A stretch of 64,000 nt of DNA, taken from the NCBI GenBank assembly GCA_951406725.2, contig OX597817.1, positions 42,532,001 through 42,596,000 on the forward strand, given 5' to 3'. The notes below the pieces were generated by a model. It was not told the DNA's origin and did not search any database. It was given only the letters and a program-made list of their open reading frames with translations. Source of the stretch: Octopus vulgaris. Lineage: Eukaryota. Shown here one piece after another: positions 39,383 through 52,784 of this stretch (positions are counted from its first letter, which is position 1; the number at the start of each line of letters is the position of its first letter). The translations under genes were made by a program, and so were the position numbers.

Positions 39383-39579
39383 TTGACTGTGGCCATGCTA
39401 GAGTACCACCTTTATTCGAGCAAATCGACCCCAGGACTTATTCTTTGTAAGCCTAGTACTTATTCTATCGGTCTCTTTTGCCGAACCGCTAAGTTATGGG
39501 GACGTAACACACCAGCATCGGTTGTCAAGCGATGTTGGGGGGACAAACACAGACACACAAACGTATACACACACATACA

Positions 39580-39615
<36 letters not shown>

Positions 39616-39797
39616 TATAGAGACATATATACGACAGGCTTCTTTCAGTTTCCGTCTACCAAATCCACTCAAAAGTCTTTGGTCGGCGCTAGGCTATAGT
39701 AGAAGACACTTACCCAAGGTGCCATGCAGTGGGACTGAACCCGGAACCATGTGGTTGGTAAGCAAGCAACTTAACCACACAGCCACTCCTACGCCTA
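39383..39797 (-). mobile_element. SINE family B
   Basis: Reverse complement of 25207-25642. Confidence 0.92.
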
Positions 39798-40549
39798 TTC
39801 GGACGAAATACTGCTAAGCATTTTACCCATTGTGTTAACGGCCGTGCCAGTTTGCTACCTTATATCTATTATATAATAAAGAATATATTTACTCCATACA
39901 ATGTACTATATTCTCAATTGTTTATGAAATCAGATAAGATTTGTAAGTGTGTGTGTGTGTGCACACTGAGACACAGAATTTTGAGCACGTAAAAAGAAGA
40001 GAGAGTGCACTCAATAAGGGCTGTAGAGGTTTATTGTATTTGTTGAGAGCTGGGAACTTTGAAGAGGAAATGCAATGGATTAGTAACCAAGGATTGAAAC
40101 CTTCATACTCATGATTGTTTTCAATGTTTTCAGAATTTGCATTTCAGATTTATTTCTTCTACCTGTCAAATTTGCCATCATCTCAGGTGAAACAGTGTAA
40201 TCTAGATAAACTCATTCAATTCCATTTCGAGTGACCTAGTTTGGTTTTTAACACAAGTATCATCATCATCCATCATTTTGAATCCAGGGGGGGTTTTGTC
40301 CCTGTTAACGGGGGTAGCCGGATCTACTTCAATGCCATAGCAACTGCCCTCATATATATATATAAAACCTTAAATGTTCTTTAAGGTGGTTTTAGGGTCA
40401 GGGCTTTGACTGCTATTTCAGCATGGTGGTATTTCTCAGATACCCTGATTTATAGTTTTAAATAATTATTACCTTTGTATGGTATTTATTCCCATGCTGG
40501 CCACTTGATAAGATCAATATTTAAATATCAATATTATCCTTATTTATAA

Positions 40550-40610
<61 letters not shown>

Positions 40611-40977
40611 AATACCTGTAAAAAAAATTCCTTTCTTTTCTGTGATTTTTAGGCAGGATACTTTTTGTCATCTTAGCAACCTTGTCAAAATTTCACACAC
40701 ACACACATACACACACACACACAACACACACATAGGCACACACATTAATAATTTTCTTTCACTTGAGCCCTGTACCCTTTGTCTTCCTCTTTCCAGACAT
40801 TTGATGGCAGGCAACTACAAGCACTGGACAAGAAATTTTCTATTAAAACTGACAGTCATCCTCTATACAAATTTTTGTGTTTTCTTTTAACTCATCGCAA
40901 ATGTATAATTACATAACAATTAATATAAACTTTGTAGAAGGTACAGACTATCCTTCATAATTCATTTCTATTCTTCT

Positions 40978-41722
40978 CGTCCTTTTAAAGCCTAGCCAGG
41001 CTCATGGACCTGGTTTCCCAGTTTCAATGGCATATATGTTCCCCAGCTGGACGGGACACCAATCCATTGCAGCGTTACTCATTTTTGCCAGCTGAGTGGA
41101 CTGGAGCAACATGAAATGAAGTGTTTTGCTCAAGAACACAACACGTCGCCTGGTCCAAGAATCGAAACCACAATCTTACGATCATGATGCTGACACCCTA
41201 AGCAACTAAGCCATGCACCTCCACAATTCATTTCTATACACCCAAAAATTCTTAGCTTGTTATATACTTACCTGTTGCACCTTCATTAATTGTTACTCTG
41301 AGTTTCACATTTCTAATTTGTCTTTTATTTTTTTACTTGTTTCAGTCATTTGACTGTGGCCATGCTGGAGCACTGCCTTGAAGGATTTTAGCCAAAACAT
41401 ATTGACCCCAGGACTTATTTTTTAAACCTAGAACTTATTCTATTGGTCTCTTTTGCCAAACTGCTAAATTACGGGGATGTAAACACACCAACACCAGTTG
41501 CTAAGTGGGGTGGGGGACAAACACAGGCACAAAGACACACACACATATATATACATACAACAGGCTTCTTTCAGTTTCCATCCACCAAATCCACTCACAA
41601 GGCTTTGGTTGGCCTGAGGCTATAGTAGAAGGTATCTGTCCAAGGTACTGCACAGTGGAATTGAACCTTCAACTATGTGGTTTGGAAGCAAGCTTCTTTC
41701 CATACAGCTACACCTGCACCTA
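40978..41722 (-). mobile_element. tRNA-derived SINE variant (40978-41225) and SINE B (41335-41722)
   Basis: Minus-strand heads tggaggtgcatggcttagttgc and aggtgcaggtgtagctgtatgg. Confidence 0.82.
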
Positions 41723-41733
41723 TTTTTCTTTAA

Positions 41734-41955
41734 CTCTTTCATTACCATTTTCTATTGAAGTACACTGCCTTTGTTTCAATTAATTTGTTTTAAATAATGA
41801 AAAATGTAATAAAAAATAACATTGTCATTAGTAACCTTGTGTTTGGAATGCAGATTAATTAAATTTTATTAGAAGGTTTTAATTCAGATTACTTTAAAAC
41901 AGAAAGTCTGTATTATAGAAGCAGGAGCAGTTTCAAGCAGGTTGGTATTGAATGG
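41734..41955. mobile_element. TTAA-flanked piggyBac-like MITE; other copies at about 51145-51352, 56765-57011 and 58186-58335
   Basis: ttaa-c(c)ctttc.ttacc ... ggtat.(a)aa.ggg-ttaa termini and a shared body (tttcaattaattt, gaaggttttaattt). Confidence 0.6.
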
Positions 41956-41976
41956 GTTGATAACTGCAGCAATTCG

Positions 41977-42980
41977 AGGTGATGAGCTGGCAGAAACGTT
42001 AGCATGCCAGACGAAATGCTTAGCGGTATTTTGTCTGCTGCTATGTTCTGAGTTCGAATTCCTCCGAGGTTGACTTTGCCTTGCATCCTTTCGGGGCTGA
42101 TAAATTAAGTACCAGTTACATACTGGGGTTGATGTAATCGACTTAATCCTTTTGTCTGTCCTTGTTTGTCCCCTTTATGTTTAGCCCCTTGTGGGCAATA
42201 AAGAAATAAGAAACGTTAGCATGCTGGATGAAATGCTTAGTGATATTTTGTCTGTCTTTACGTTCCGTGTTCAAATTCTACCAAGGTCGACTTTGCTTTT
42301 CATCCTTTCAGGGTTAATATATTAAGTACCAGTTGCATACTGGGGTCGACCTAATCGACTGACCCCACTCTCCCAAAAATTTTGGGCCTTGTGCCTAGAG
42401 TAGAAAAGATTATTGCAGCAATTCATCCAACAATTAAAATCAAAAAGTTTGAAGGAGACAGTATTCAAAATATTGATGAGAAGAGGATTAATACAGCATT
42501 GAGCCATCAATTGGATTAACTTGTATTACGTAGCCACCTTTGAAATTTGAACTTGGAACATTTAAGTTTGACCAAAAGTCTTTACATTCTGAGTTCAAAT
42601 TCCACAAATGTCAACTTTGCCTTTCATCCTTTCAGGGTCGATAAATTAAGTACCGGTTGCATACTGCGGTTGATCTAATTGACTGGCCCCCACCTCCCCA
42701 AAACTTTTAGCCCTTGTGCCTAGAGTAGAAAAGAAAATTGACCAGAAGTTAATTGCCACTGGTAAATAATCGTTTCAAATTTTATCATAAGGTTAATAAT
42801 ATAAGCAGAAAGAAATAGTGAATTACATTGACCCCAGAGCACAACTGGTACTTATTTTATCAACCCTCAAAGGATGGAAAGTAAAGCTCACCTGGTAGTC
42901 ATTGAACTAAGAATGTAAAGAACTGGAAGAAATGTTGCAAAGCGTTTTGCCTGACACACTAATGATTCTACCACCTTGCT
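41977..42980. mobile_element. Cluster of four SINE A copies
   Basis: Dimer at 41977-42408 (+), 42580-42735 (+) and 42770-42980 (-). Confidence 0.87.
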
Positions 42981-43300
42981 ACTAACAACTGATAATAAAA
43001 TATTTGGTAATATCCCAGCCAGCATCTGTGGTGTCAGTTTGTGATGGACAATCACAAGAAAAAGAATAGTTCAATTTTCATGCTTAAAGGATTTTATGGA
43101 ACTTTCTAGAACTCTTCAGACCGTTTGGCTTCTTTAGGCTTTCACTTGTCTCTTTAAACCAGTGGTTCTCACCCAATTTTTAGCTCATAGAGGGCAGCTT
43201 TTCTTCTTCCAACCAATCTATGAGTTAAAAAATACCCAAAATAAAGCTTTAATCCCACACCAAATCTTAATGTTGGTTATTCATTTATCATTGTTTAAAC

Positions 43301-44147
43301 CAGTGGTTCTTAACCATTTTTCGTCTATGGACCCTTTTGATTCTTATTTTACTCAAGAGGACCCTCACAGCAATTCAATTTTTAAGAAATCCTATTATCA
43401 TCTTTATTATCATCATTCTTTAATGTCCACCATCCATGCTGGCATGGGTTAAATTGTTTGACAGGAGCCTGCACCAGACTTCTGTGTCTGTTTTGCCAGG
43501 GTTTTTACAGCTGGATGCCCTTCGTAACACCAACCACCCAGCAGAGTAGACTGAGTGCTTTTTACATTGCGCAAACACAGGCGAGGTCAGTTTTGGCAAG
43601 GATTTTACTGCTGAATTCCTTTCCAAATGCCAACCACTTTACAGGTGGAGGCACATGGCCTAGTGGTTAGAGCAGCGAATTTGCAATCAAGTGATCGTGG
43701 GTTCAAATCTCAGACCAGGCGATGTGTGTGTGTTTATGAGCGAAACACCTAAGGTACATGCGGCTCCGGCAGAAGGTAATGGTGAACTTCTGCTGACTCT
43801 TTTGCCACAACTTTCTCTCACTCTTTCCTCCTGCATCTTGCAGCTCACCTGCGATGGACCAGCATCCCATCCAGGGGGCGGAACCTATACGCCAAGGAAA
43901 CCAGGAAACTGGCCCTTATGAACCAGGTGTGGCTCGAGAAGAAAAAAAAAAACAAACCACTTTACAGTGTGGATTGAATGCTTTTTATGTGACATTATAT
44001 TTTTATGATTAAATACTATTAGAAATTGTATTTAAAAAATTAAAATATTTCATATAATGTAGAAGCATAAGCAATTTCGTGCACATAATTTTTAACAACA
44101 AAATCATGGACCCCCAAAAGTCATGTGAACCCTGATTGAGAAACACT
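43301..44147. mobile_element. hAT-like MITE with a nested RTE-type tail and SINE C (43647-43940)
   Basis: TIRs cagtggttcttaacc / gattgagaaacactg; body is the reverse complement of 57087-58179. Confidence 0.7.
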
Positions 44148-44554
44148 GCTGTAAAGCAACATTTGATGAGATAATTTTCATCCTGCAACCTTCTCTTTAA
44201 AAGATTAGTCTTGTTGTACCTGTCAACTATGTCCTAATGAATAAGAAACATTTCAGCTTTTATCCTTAAGAATTCATTGCTTCTTGATTCACACACATAT
44301 CATGTATTTAGAAAATTACACACCATGTGTAGTGAAAATGTTTAGTGTTATAAATAGACATTGTTGAAGGTAATTAATATTTCAACGTGTTAACATAACA
44401 CCAACGTACAATCTCAAGCAGCCCACTCTCTTTGCCAGCATTCAGGTCAGATATGCTGCAGTCTAAAGGAAACTTCCTCATTTTTGTCCACCACTATCGG
44501 AGGCTTTGTAAGAGCCGTGAGCACTGTCCACTTCTGACTAATTTATGTAAAAAA

Positions 44555-44656
44555 AGATAGATAGATAGATAGATAGACAGTGAGGCAGGTGGGCAGACAG
44601 AGAGACGGACAGATGGATGAACAGAGAGATAGACAAGCAGGCAGCAGAAAGACAGA

Positions 44657-44729
<73 letters not shown>

Positions 44730-44936
44730 CACACACACAGACAGACAGATAGCTGGACAGAGAGACAGGCAGGCAGGCAGCAGACAGACAGACAGACAGA
44801 CAGGCAGGTAGGCAGATAGATAAGACAGATGGATTGACGGACAGACAGATAAACAGACAGACAAGCAGGCAGGCAGATTGTTAAGACAGACAGACATATG
44901 TGTGGACAGACAGGCAAACAGACAGGCAGATAGATT

Positions 44937-44985
<49 letters not shown>

Positions 44986-45022
44986 GACTGGCAGACAGAT
45001 GAACGGACAGAAAGATAGATAA
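44555..45022. repeat. (GATA/GACA/GGCA)n microsatellite
   Basis: Direct reading. Confidence 0.93.
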
Positions 45023-45173
45023 AAGAATCACTCACTCAACTTCTAGAAATAGATGATCGTCTTACAAAAGGAAGGCCCTATTGAACATGAAATCCAAAAT
45101 ATACAAAAAGAGAAAGGTAACATGGTTATTTGCTTGATCATAGGTCTGCTTCTTCATAGTTGACCCGTAGCTA

Positions 45174-45338
45174 CAGGGCTGGCTCAAGGTACTGGCAACT
45201 CGAGCAGTCACCTGGGGTGCCATGTGCTAGGGGTGCCAAAGAGGACATGACAAAGACAAGGAAAATTCCATGACCATCAGCTTGCACACACCAAAGTTCA
45301 GCTTGCTTGGAGTGCCAGCAACCCTAGGGCCAGCCCTG
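45174..45338. mobile_element. 165 bp hAT-type MITE
   Basis: TIRs cagggctggc / gccagccctg; 8 bp TSD cgtagcta / catggcta. Confidence 0.75.
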
Positions 45339-45629
45339 CATGGCTAAGCAACTACTTTGAATGCATATATGACATCAACTTTCAATATGACACAATGAAA
45401 GGTTTACTACAGGTCACAAGGACCTGCAGTGGGTTTTAACAACACCTTTTAATTGAAGGGTAATGGCAAACAAACTGACTCATTGACAGGCTAAATTATT
45501 GCAGCAATTAAGGAAAATAATTAACAAAGAAATTGCAAAAGATGAGGCAATTTAAAACAACAAATGAAAAATGATGGACACTAATCATCCAGACTAATTC
45601 AATTATTCATTATCTGTCATAGAATTTAT

Positions 45630-46110
45630 CATCGTCATCATCATCATCATCATCATCATCATCACTTAACAATTGTTTTCCATGCTGGCATGAGTTGGAC
45701 AGTTTGACTGAGGACTGGTAAGCTGGAGAGCTACACCAGGTTCCAATCTGATTTGGCATGGGTTCTACAGCTGAATGCCTTTCCTAATGCCAACCACTCA
45801 AAGAGTGTAGTGGGTGCTTTTTATGTGCCACTGGCACAGGTGCCATTTGTGTAGCACTGGCATCAGCCACGACTACAATCTCACTTGGCTTGACAGGTCT
45901 TTTCAAGCACAATATATCACCAAAGATCTCGATCATTTGTCACTGCCTCCATGAGACCCAACGTTCAAATGGCACTTTTCATGTGCCACCAGGATGAGTG
46001 CCAGTTTATGCAACACTGGCGTTGGTAGGTTTTTTTAGCACAGCATATCACCCAACATCCAAAGCATGCTTTTTACAGGCCAGTTACGTGACACTGGCAT
46101 CAGCCGCAGC
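45630..46110 (-). mobile_element. Older RTE 3' end
   Basis: (CAT)n tail, ttccatgctggcatg, gtagtgggtgctttttatgtgcca. Confidence 0.82.
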
Positions 46111-46141
46111 TCTTATTCCAATGAGATGAATATATCTTTCT

Positions 46142-46374
46142 TATTTCTTTATTGCCCACAAGGGGCTAAACATAGAGGAGACAAACAAGGACAGACAAAG
46201 GGATTAAGTCAATTACATCGACCCCAGTGCATAACTGGTACCTAATTTATTGACCCCAAAAGGATGAAAGGCAAAGTCGACCTCGGCAGAATTTGAACTC
46301 AGAACGTAACAGCAGACAAAATACTGCTAAGCATTTCGTCCGGCGTACTAACGTTTCTGCCAGCTCACCACCTT
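46142..46374 (-). mobile_element. SINE A, full length, 18 bp TSD
   Basis: agatgaatatatctttct at 46124-46141 and 46389-46406. Confidence 0.93.
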
Positions 46375-46444
46375 CAGATATAACAGAAAGATGAATATAT
46401 CTTTCTGTTATATCATTACTTCTAATATCTTTCCACTTTTATTT

Positions 46445-46855
46445 CTTACTTGTTGCATTCATTAGATTGAGGCCATGCTGGAGCACTGCTTTATAGAATT
46501 TTTGTCAAGTGACTCAACCTCAGCACTTATTTTCTTTTTAAGGCCTGAGGCTTATTCCATCAGTCCCTTTTGCCAACCCACTAAGTTACAATATCATAAA
46601 CACACCAACACTAGTTGTCAAATGATTGAGGTGGGCATAAACACACACACGCATACTTACACACATACACACACATACATATATATACATATACGATAGG
46701 TTCCTGTCAGTACCTGCCAACCAAATTCACTCATAAGGCTTTGGTTGGCCCGAGGCTATAGTAGAAGACACTTACCCAAGGTGCCATGCAGTGAGACTGA
46801 ACCCAGAGCCATTTGGTTGGGAAGCAGGCTTCTTACACACAGCTACGTCTGCAAC
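46445..46855 (-). mobile_element. SINE family B (older copy)
   Basis: Same motifs as 39383-39797. Confidence 0.85.
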
Positions 46856-47594
46856 CTATATATCATTACACCTCATCTAAAATACAGAAATGTAATATAT
46901 TTGTATAAGTAAAATACCACTCTAACAGTTTTTTTTTTATTGTTGTTGTTTTTATATTTAGTGTATAGTGCTACGTGTATATTATTGACTTTCAACCAGT
47001 TCTTCTTAGACACTGAATCATAACAATGTGTCAGGTAGACCATTTTTCCTTCTACTTCTTTCCCAATACTGGAAAATTCAATGAATAATAATTTCTATAA
47101 CAATTCCTACTTTAGTGATTTCTTTCTTTTTTTTTTTTCGTATAGATAAATATTACATTGATATAATTCTGTAATAATGAGTTGATAAAGAAAAAGAAAA
47201 ATTCTCCACACAACAAAGCTTTTAGAAATCAACTTGGTCCTCTAAGTAATTTGCAAGACTATGTTTCTTTATGCTTGATTATATGTGTGTATGTGTGTTA
47301 CTGTGTGAGGATGTGAGTGTGTGTTTACATGTGACCATGTGTGTATGTTTGTGTGTGAGAGAGAGCGAGAGAGAATTTGAAAATTCTTAATTGCATATAC
47401 AGGACAACATTTGCCATGTTAATGTTGTGTTCAGTTGGGAGGTGAAAAATAGGTGTGAACATTTCTCAACCATTCTCAGATAGTAGCACAAGCTCCAACT
47501 CTCTTCATTCCAGAAGCAGAAAATTGACATCAGACAACCCACCTATCAGAGCTAACATTGATTAAAAATTCTTCATTTCTTATCAGGTACAAAA

Positions 47595-48112
47595 CTTCAG
47601 GTCTGCCACCATCAACATTGGCATGATGAATGGTAAGTATATTTTTCTTTACTACCCACAAGGGGCTAAACACAGAGGGGACAAACAAGGACAGACAGAC
47701 GAAATCGATCCCAGTGCGTAACTAGTACTTAATTTATTGACCCCGAAAGGATGAAAGGCAAAGTCGACCTCGGCGGAATTTGAACTCAGAACGTAACGGC
47801 AGACGAAATACAGCTACACATTTCGCCCGGCATGCTAACATTTCTGCCAGCTCGCCACCTAAATGGTAAGTATGGGAGATTGTACAGACACTGGATTTAA
47901 GGAAAATAAACATGTGTTGCACACTAGAGAAAAGAGAGGGGTGCCTTAACCAGATACCTCATGGACAAAGAACACAGATACAAATTCTTCTTGGTGAGTA
48001 GCAGTAATGGAGTTAATAGGTGGGTGAAGCAGGTATATTGCCGGTAGTTAAATGGATAAAGTAACTAAGGTACTGAGAGTATGTGATAGAATAATTAAAC
48101 TTAGAGCAGTTT
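47595..48112 (+). mobile_element. Degenerate LINE (RTE-like) AP-endonuclease N-terminal fragment, interrupted by SINE A (47641-47860, minus)
   Basis: LRSATINIGMMNGK...EIVQTLDLRKINMCC...KEHRYKFF...VLRVCDRIIKLR; SINE TSD aatggtaagtat. Confidence 0.75.
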
Positions 48113-48443
48113 TCATGTCATTTTTAGGCAAAACGAGTGACACTTATTCATCCAGAAAAAACCAAAGATTTTCAAATTTTTTAATAATTTAAAATCAAAA
48201 CAACTGTTATATAGATTGCCACATAGAGTTCAAAATCTTGCTGCGAAATTGGACCATCAACATCATCATTGTCATCATCATTGCCATCGTCATCACCACC
48301 ATTATCATTGTTTAACATCTATCTTCCATGCTGGCATGAGTTAGGGGGTTGGATAGGAGCCAATGAACAAGAGGATTGCACCATTCTCCAATGTCTGCCT
48401 TAGTATGGCTTCTATGGCTGGATACTCTCCCTAAAGCCAACTA

Positions 48444-49007
48444 TTGGTTTGTCCGGAAAGTTCGTGCTGATTTTTAAAGGGAAGAAAAAGGTCAATAAAT
48501 ACTTGCCATTACATTTTAATAAACCAAATATGAACCATTTCATTGCACAATGCATCTCTATCTTCCTTTAACTTGAAAATACCCTCTTCCCAGAATTGAG
48601 GTGGTTTCATGGCAAAGAATTCATCAAGGTATCTTTTTACGTCATCCAAGGAACTGAAATTTTTACTATTAAGACTATTCTGCAGAGACCTGAATAAGTG
48701 GAAATTGGAAGGAGCAATATCTGGTGAATATGGCGGGTGGGGTAACACATCCCAACCAAGCTGCAGCAATTTTTGTCTGGTTCCCAAAGCATCATGTGTC
48801 GAAAATGAACTTTCTTATCTTCCATTTTAAAGGGCTACAGAATTAACACAGGTTATAGGAACTTAAACCTTCTTCCATGAAAAGATAGCTTAAACTGTGC
48901 TCTAAATGGAGGTGTAGTCAAATCCTATTTTATGGACTCAACTATGTTCTAAAATAAGTCGAAAGGTAAGCTACTATAAATCAGCACGAACTTTCCGGAC
49001 AACCCAA
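48444..49007 (-). mobile_element. Internally deleted mariner (564 bp), inserted into an old RTE-type tail
   Basis: TA-flanked TIRs ttggtttgtccggaaagttcgtgctgattt; MEDKKVHFRHMML fused to TRQKLLQLGWDVLPHPPYSPDIAPSNFHLFRSL. Confidence 0.95.
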
Positions 49008-49273
49008 TAATTTACAGTGTGTACCGGCTGTTTTTTACATAGCACTGGCAACAGTAAAATAACCAAGAAGTTCACAAAACAAAATCCCCCTTCACATAAG
49101 GGAGGGAATGGTATTAGGGAGGTAGCTTTATGCCTGATGGTGAGAGATTAAAGTATGATAGAGGGACAGGAACGAGTGTCTTGCTGAAGAGAAGATACAT
49201 GGCAACCTCAACTGGGAAGAGAGAAAGAAATAGTGAAGGAAAATGAGTGACACTTCATTGTCCAGATAAAACC

Positions 49274-49505
49274 TATTTCTTTACTACCCACAAGGGACTA
49301 AACACAGAGAGGACAAACAAGGACAGACAAACAGATTGAGTCGATTACATCAACCCCAGTGTGTAACTGGTACTTAATTTATCGACCCCGAAAAGATGAA
49401 AGGCAAAGTCGACCTCAGCGGAATTTGAACTCACAATGTAACGGCAGACGAAATATGGCTACGCATTTCGCCCAGTGTGCTAACGTTTCTACCAGCTCTC
49501 TGCCA
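49274..49505 (-). mobile_element. SINE A with TSD
   Basis: ttgtccagataaaacc on both sides. Confidence 0.92.
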
Positions 49506-50123
49506 TGTCCGTTGTCCAGATAAAACCACTGATTTGTAATGTTTGGTATAATTTAAAATCAAAATAACTGCTATATAATTTGCTATGCTGAGTTCAAATC
49601 TTCCTAAGAAACTGGAATAGGCAATGAGAAACTGCACGGATGCATTTTCATTCAAGAGATCCCAGAAATAGTAAGGTGACCTAATGGTTTGATATCACTG
49701 TGACACATTCAATGATATGAAGTTTTTAAAATCTTGAAAACTATGAAGAAAAAGAGAAAATTAGAAAATAGTTCATTTACTTTTTTTTTTAGTAAGGTTG
49801 ATGCATGATGCATTTATTGTCTGCATTTAGTTATCTCTGCCGCATAATAATGTGCTCATTTTAATATTCTTCATGTGTATGTGCAGCACATCGTGTTACA
49901 TTCAACAAGCATGAAAAATTTAAGATTTATGAAAAGAGAATTCAGACAAAAAAAAAAAATTATTTGGAATTCAATTTAGAGAAAAAGTAAAAGAAAAAAA
50001 AACAAAAAAGAAAAAAAAACCTTTTAAACTAAGTGTAAACTATATTCAGTGTTCATGCAAGGAAATCAGTAAAAAAAAATATTTCTGCAAACAATGCAAC
50101 TGATGGTACTGCTACTGTTGCTG

Positions 50124-50150
50124 ATCATCATCAGCATCAGCATCAGTAAG

Positions 50151-50232
<82 letters not shown>

Positions 50233-50330
50233 GTCATCATCATCATCATTTCCATCATCATCTTCATCATCATCCCCACCACCATCACCATCATTAATAT
50301 CATCATCATTATCGTCGTCGTCGTCATGGT
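50124..50330. repeat. (CAT)n microsatellite
   Basis: Direct reading. Confidence 0.95.
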
Positions 50331-51677
50331 CATTAGAGGAAGTAGGAAGGATGGGATGGTTTTAATCAGTTGTGATGTAGCAGATCAATGACATGGAAAG
50401 TAACCAATCAAAACACTTGGCTCTGGTTTAATCTATTATTTATCATTTGCTTTTTTTTTTTATCCACTTCTGTTACCAGAAGTTGTCATAATATGATGGA
50501 ATTTAATTCAGGTTTTTCAGATAGTTTTTAGGTAAACTGAGAGACTGAACTTCTTCTCCCCCACCCCCTATTTTTAACCCTTAGAATAATTTAAAACAAA
50601 AACTGTTACCTAATGAAACATTTGTCAGTTATGTAGTGTCTCTGTTGCTAATAACTTTGAGCCGTACCTCTCCACCATACCTGTTTTACAGCTTGCTGAA
50701 CTAGTGCATTCAATAGATACAAAGCAATAGCTAATATGAGATAAAAAAATTTTGACATAGTTTAAAACACTTGTCTTCCATTCCTCTCTGTCATTCATGG
50801 CATTTGTAAGCTCATGGATAGTGTGCCCTGAGTCTTCAAAAAACTGATTGTTCCAGATTTAAGGTCATACAAGAGGCATTCCTTTTTTTAAAAAAATTTT
50901 TAAAAAGTCACCCCATGTCTTATATGTTAAGTTGGGCTCATATTGCATACTTTCATGTAAAAAAAACTTTCCAACTGAATGTGTACTACTGAAATTGTGT
51001 CTAATATGACCATGCATCTTTTATGCCATCAAATACAATAGTTTCTTCACTGGTCTGACTTTTCCCCATTTGCCATGAACAGGTTACCAAAGAAAAACTT
51101 CAGCTGACCTAACATACCATATCTAATGCAATTGTTTTACTGTTTAACAGTTTTCTCATTATATTTCTATGGGATTTTGTTTCAATTAATTTTGAACGTA
51201 TCAAAGAATTTAGTAAAACAACTTGTTATTAATTGAAAGCATGAATTAAAATGACATTCTGAAGGAAGGTTTTAATTTAGGTCACTTCAAAGTGGAAAAT
51301 TTGTGTCACAGAACCAGGAATGATCACTGATGGGTCAGTATCAGGAATATTAAAGTGTGTGGTTTGACTAAGTTTATATCACTAGTTTACATCTTATCAC
51401 TTGTGTTTGTGTGTGTACATGTGTGTGTGCATGTGTGTATGTGTGTTTGTGTGTGTTTGTGTGTGTATTTCAAAATGTAACCACATGTGAATCACTAGCG
51501 ATTTTTTTCTTCTACCTTCCCTTCTATTGGCCTTTCCTCTGTTTTTGAAGAAGGGCATCTTTCTTTCCTTCCCTGAGTGTCTGCTAATACTTTACATGTA
51601 CCACGTCCTCACATTGTTGGTTTCTTTTGTGTTTGTTCTTCTTCTTTGGAATATTTATATATATATATATATATAAA

Positions 51678-51912
51678 CCGATCGTGACCAATGCCGGACC
51701 CCCCCCCCTGGCACCTGTGCAGGTGGCACGTAAAAAGCACCCACTACACTCGCAGAGTGGTTGGCGTTAGGAAGGGCATCCAGCCGTAGAAACTCTGCCA
51801 GATCAGACTGGAGCCTGGAGCAGCCCCTGGCTTCCCAGACTCCAGTCGAACTGTCCAACCCGTGCTAGCGCGGAAAACGGATGTTAAACGATGATGATGA
51901 TGACGATGATGA
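51678..51912 (+). mobile_element. RTE 3' end inserted in (TA)n
   Basis: ggtggcacgtaaaaagcacc ... gttaaacgatgatgat. Confidence 0.9.
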
Positions 51913-51914
51913 TA

Positions 51915-52750
51915 TATATATAATTTTTCAGTAATGCAGAGTTCACATTTGGTACCCTGTCCTCTGTATTTTTTGGCTTTAGCAGTAATTTTCCACTCTA
52001 TCTGGGGGTTGCTTATCTCACCTTCTTTCAGTGTCCATATTATATCTGATAGGGATGTCGTGTGTTTTCTGTTTTTGTCTCTCTGAATGATGCAAGGTGT
52101 TGCATATACCTTTCCTTGAATGATTTTCCCATCATTCCGATATGCGTCTTTGGTATTCCGTGGGGTCTGTGACCTTGGCCTTGTATATGAGTACTTTCTC
52201 AAGATAGTTGTTGTTTAGAGGGCAGTGGTTTGGGGATCTGAAGTTGCACTGTCTTTCTGGGGTGTTTCCAGTGTGTTTATGTTTCTTGTGATTAAGTATC
52301 ATTGACCCTGTAGGGGAGACAACTATAGCTAACTTTAACATGTTTCTGTTGAAGATTTTGTGGTGTTTTTGTGAACGTGGGAAGTGGTTGTCTGTTATTT
52401 TTAATAATTTCCTAGCCATGTTACTAGCTATATTCATGCTATAAGGCGGATTGAACCATAGGATTTTTCTCTGTTTGTGTGTTCTTGGTCTATTTGTGCT
52501 TGGTTCAATGTGTGTATGCTATTCTTGGAGTTGGACCTTTCTAATGCAGCATTATAATATGGGGCAGCTTTTTCAAAAGTGTCTTTGTCGACAGATAAAT
52601 TGGAGACGCACTTGCTAATACTGTTAACTATTTGTTTAATTACTGCTGGCGGGTTGTTGGAACCTATGTTTTTGCATGAGGGTTCCTTGTTTTCTTTGTG
52701 GTAGGGTTTAAATATTCCTGTGTTAAGATTCATGTTAATGCCTAGGACGT
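51915..52750 (-). mobile_element. Penelope-like element fragment (RT thumb, Cys linker, GIY-YIG endonuclease), pseudogenised
   Basis: SNNPPAVIKQI, WFNPPYSMN, CNFRSPNHCPLNNN.LEKVLIYKAKV, TSLSDIIWTLKE, KCELCITEKLYI. Confidence 0.9.
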
Positions 52751-52784
52751 TGATGTCTTTATAATAATTCTTTCATAATAATTC

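Noticed and set aside
50094-50333. Poly-His protein with an apparent signal peptide
   Set aside because: (CAT)n microsatellite; the hydrophobic start is short and unsupported.
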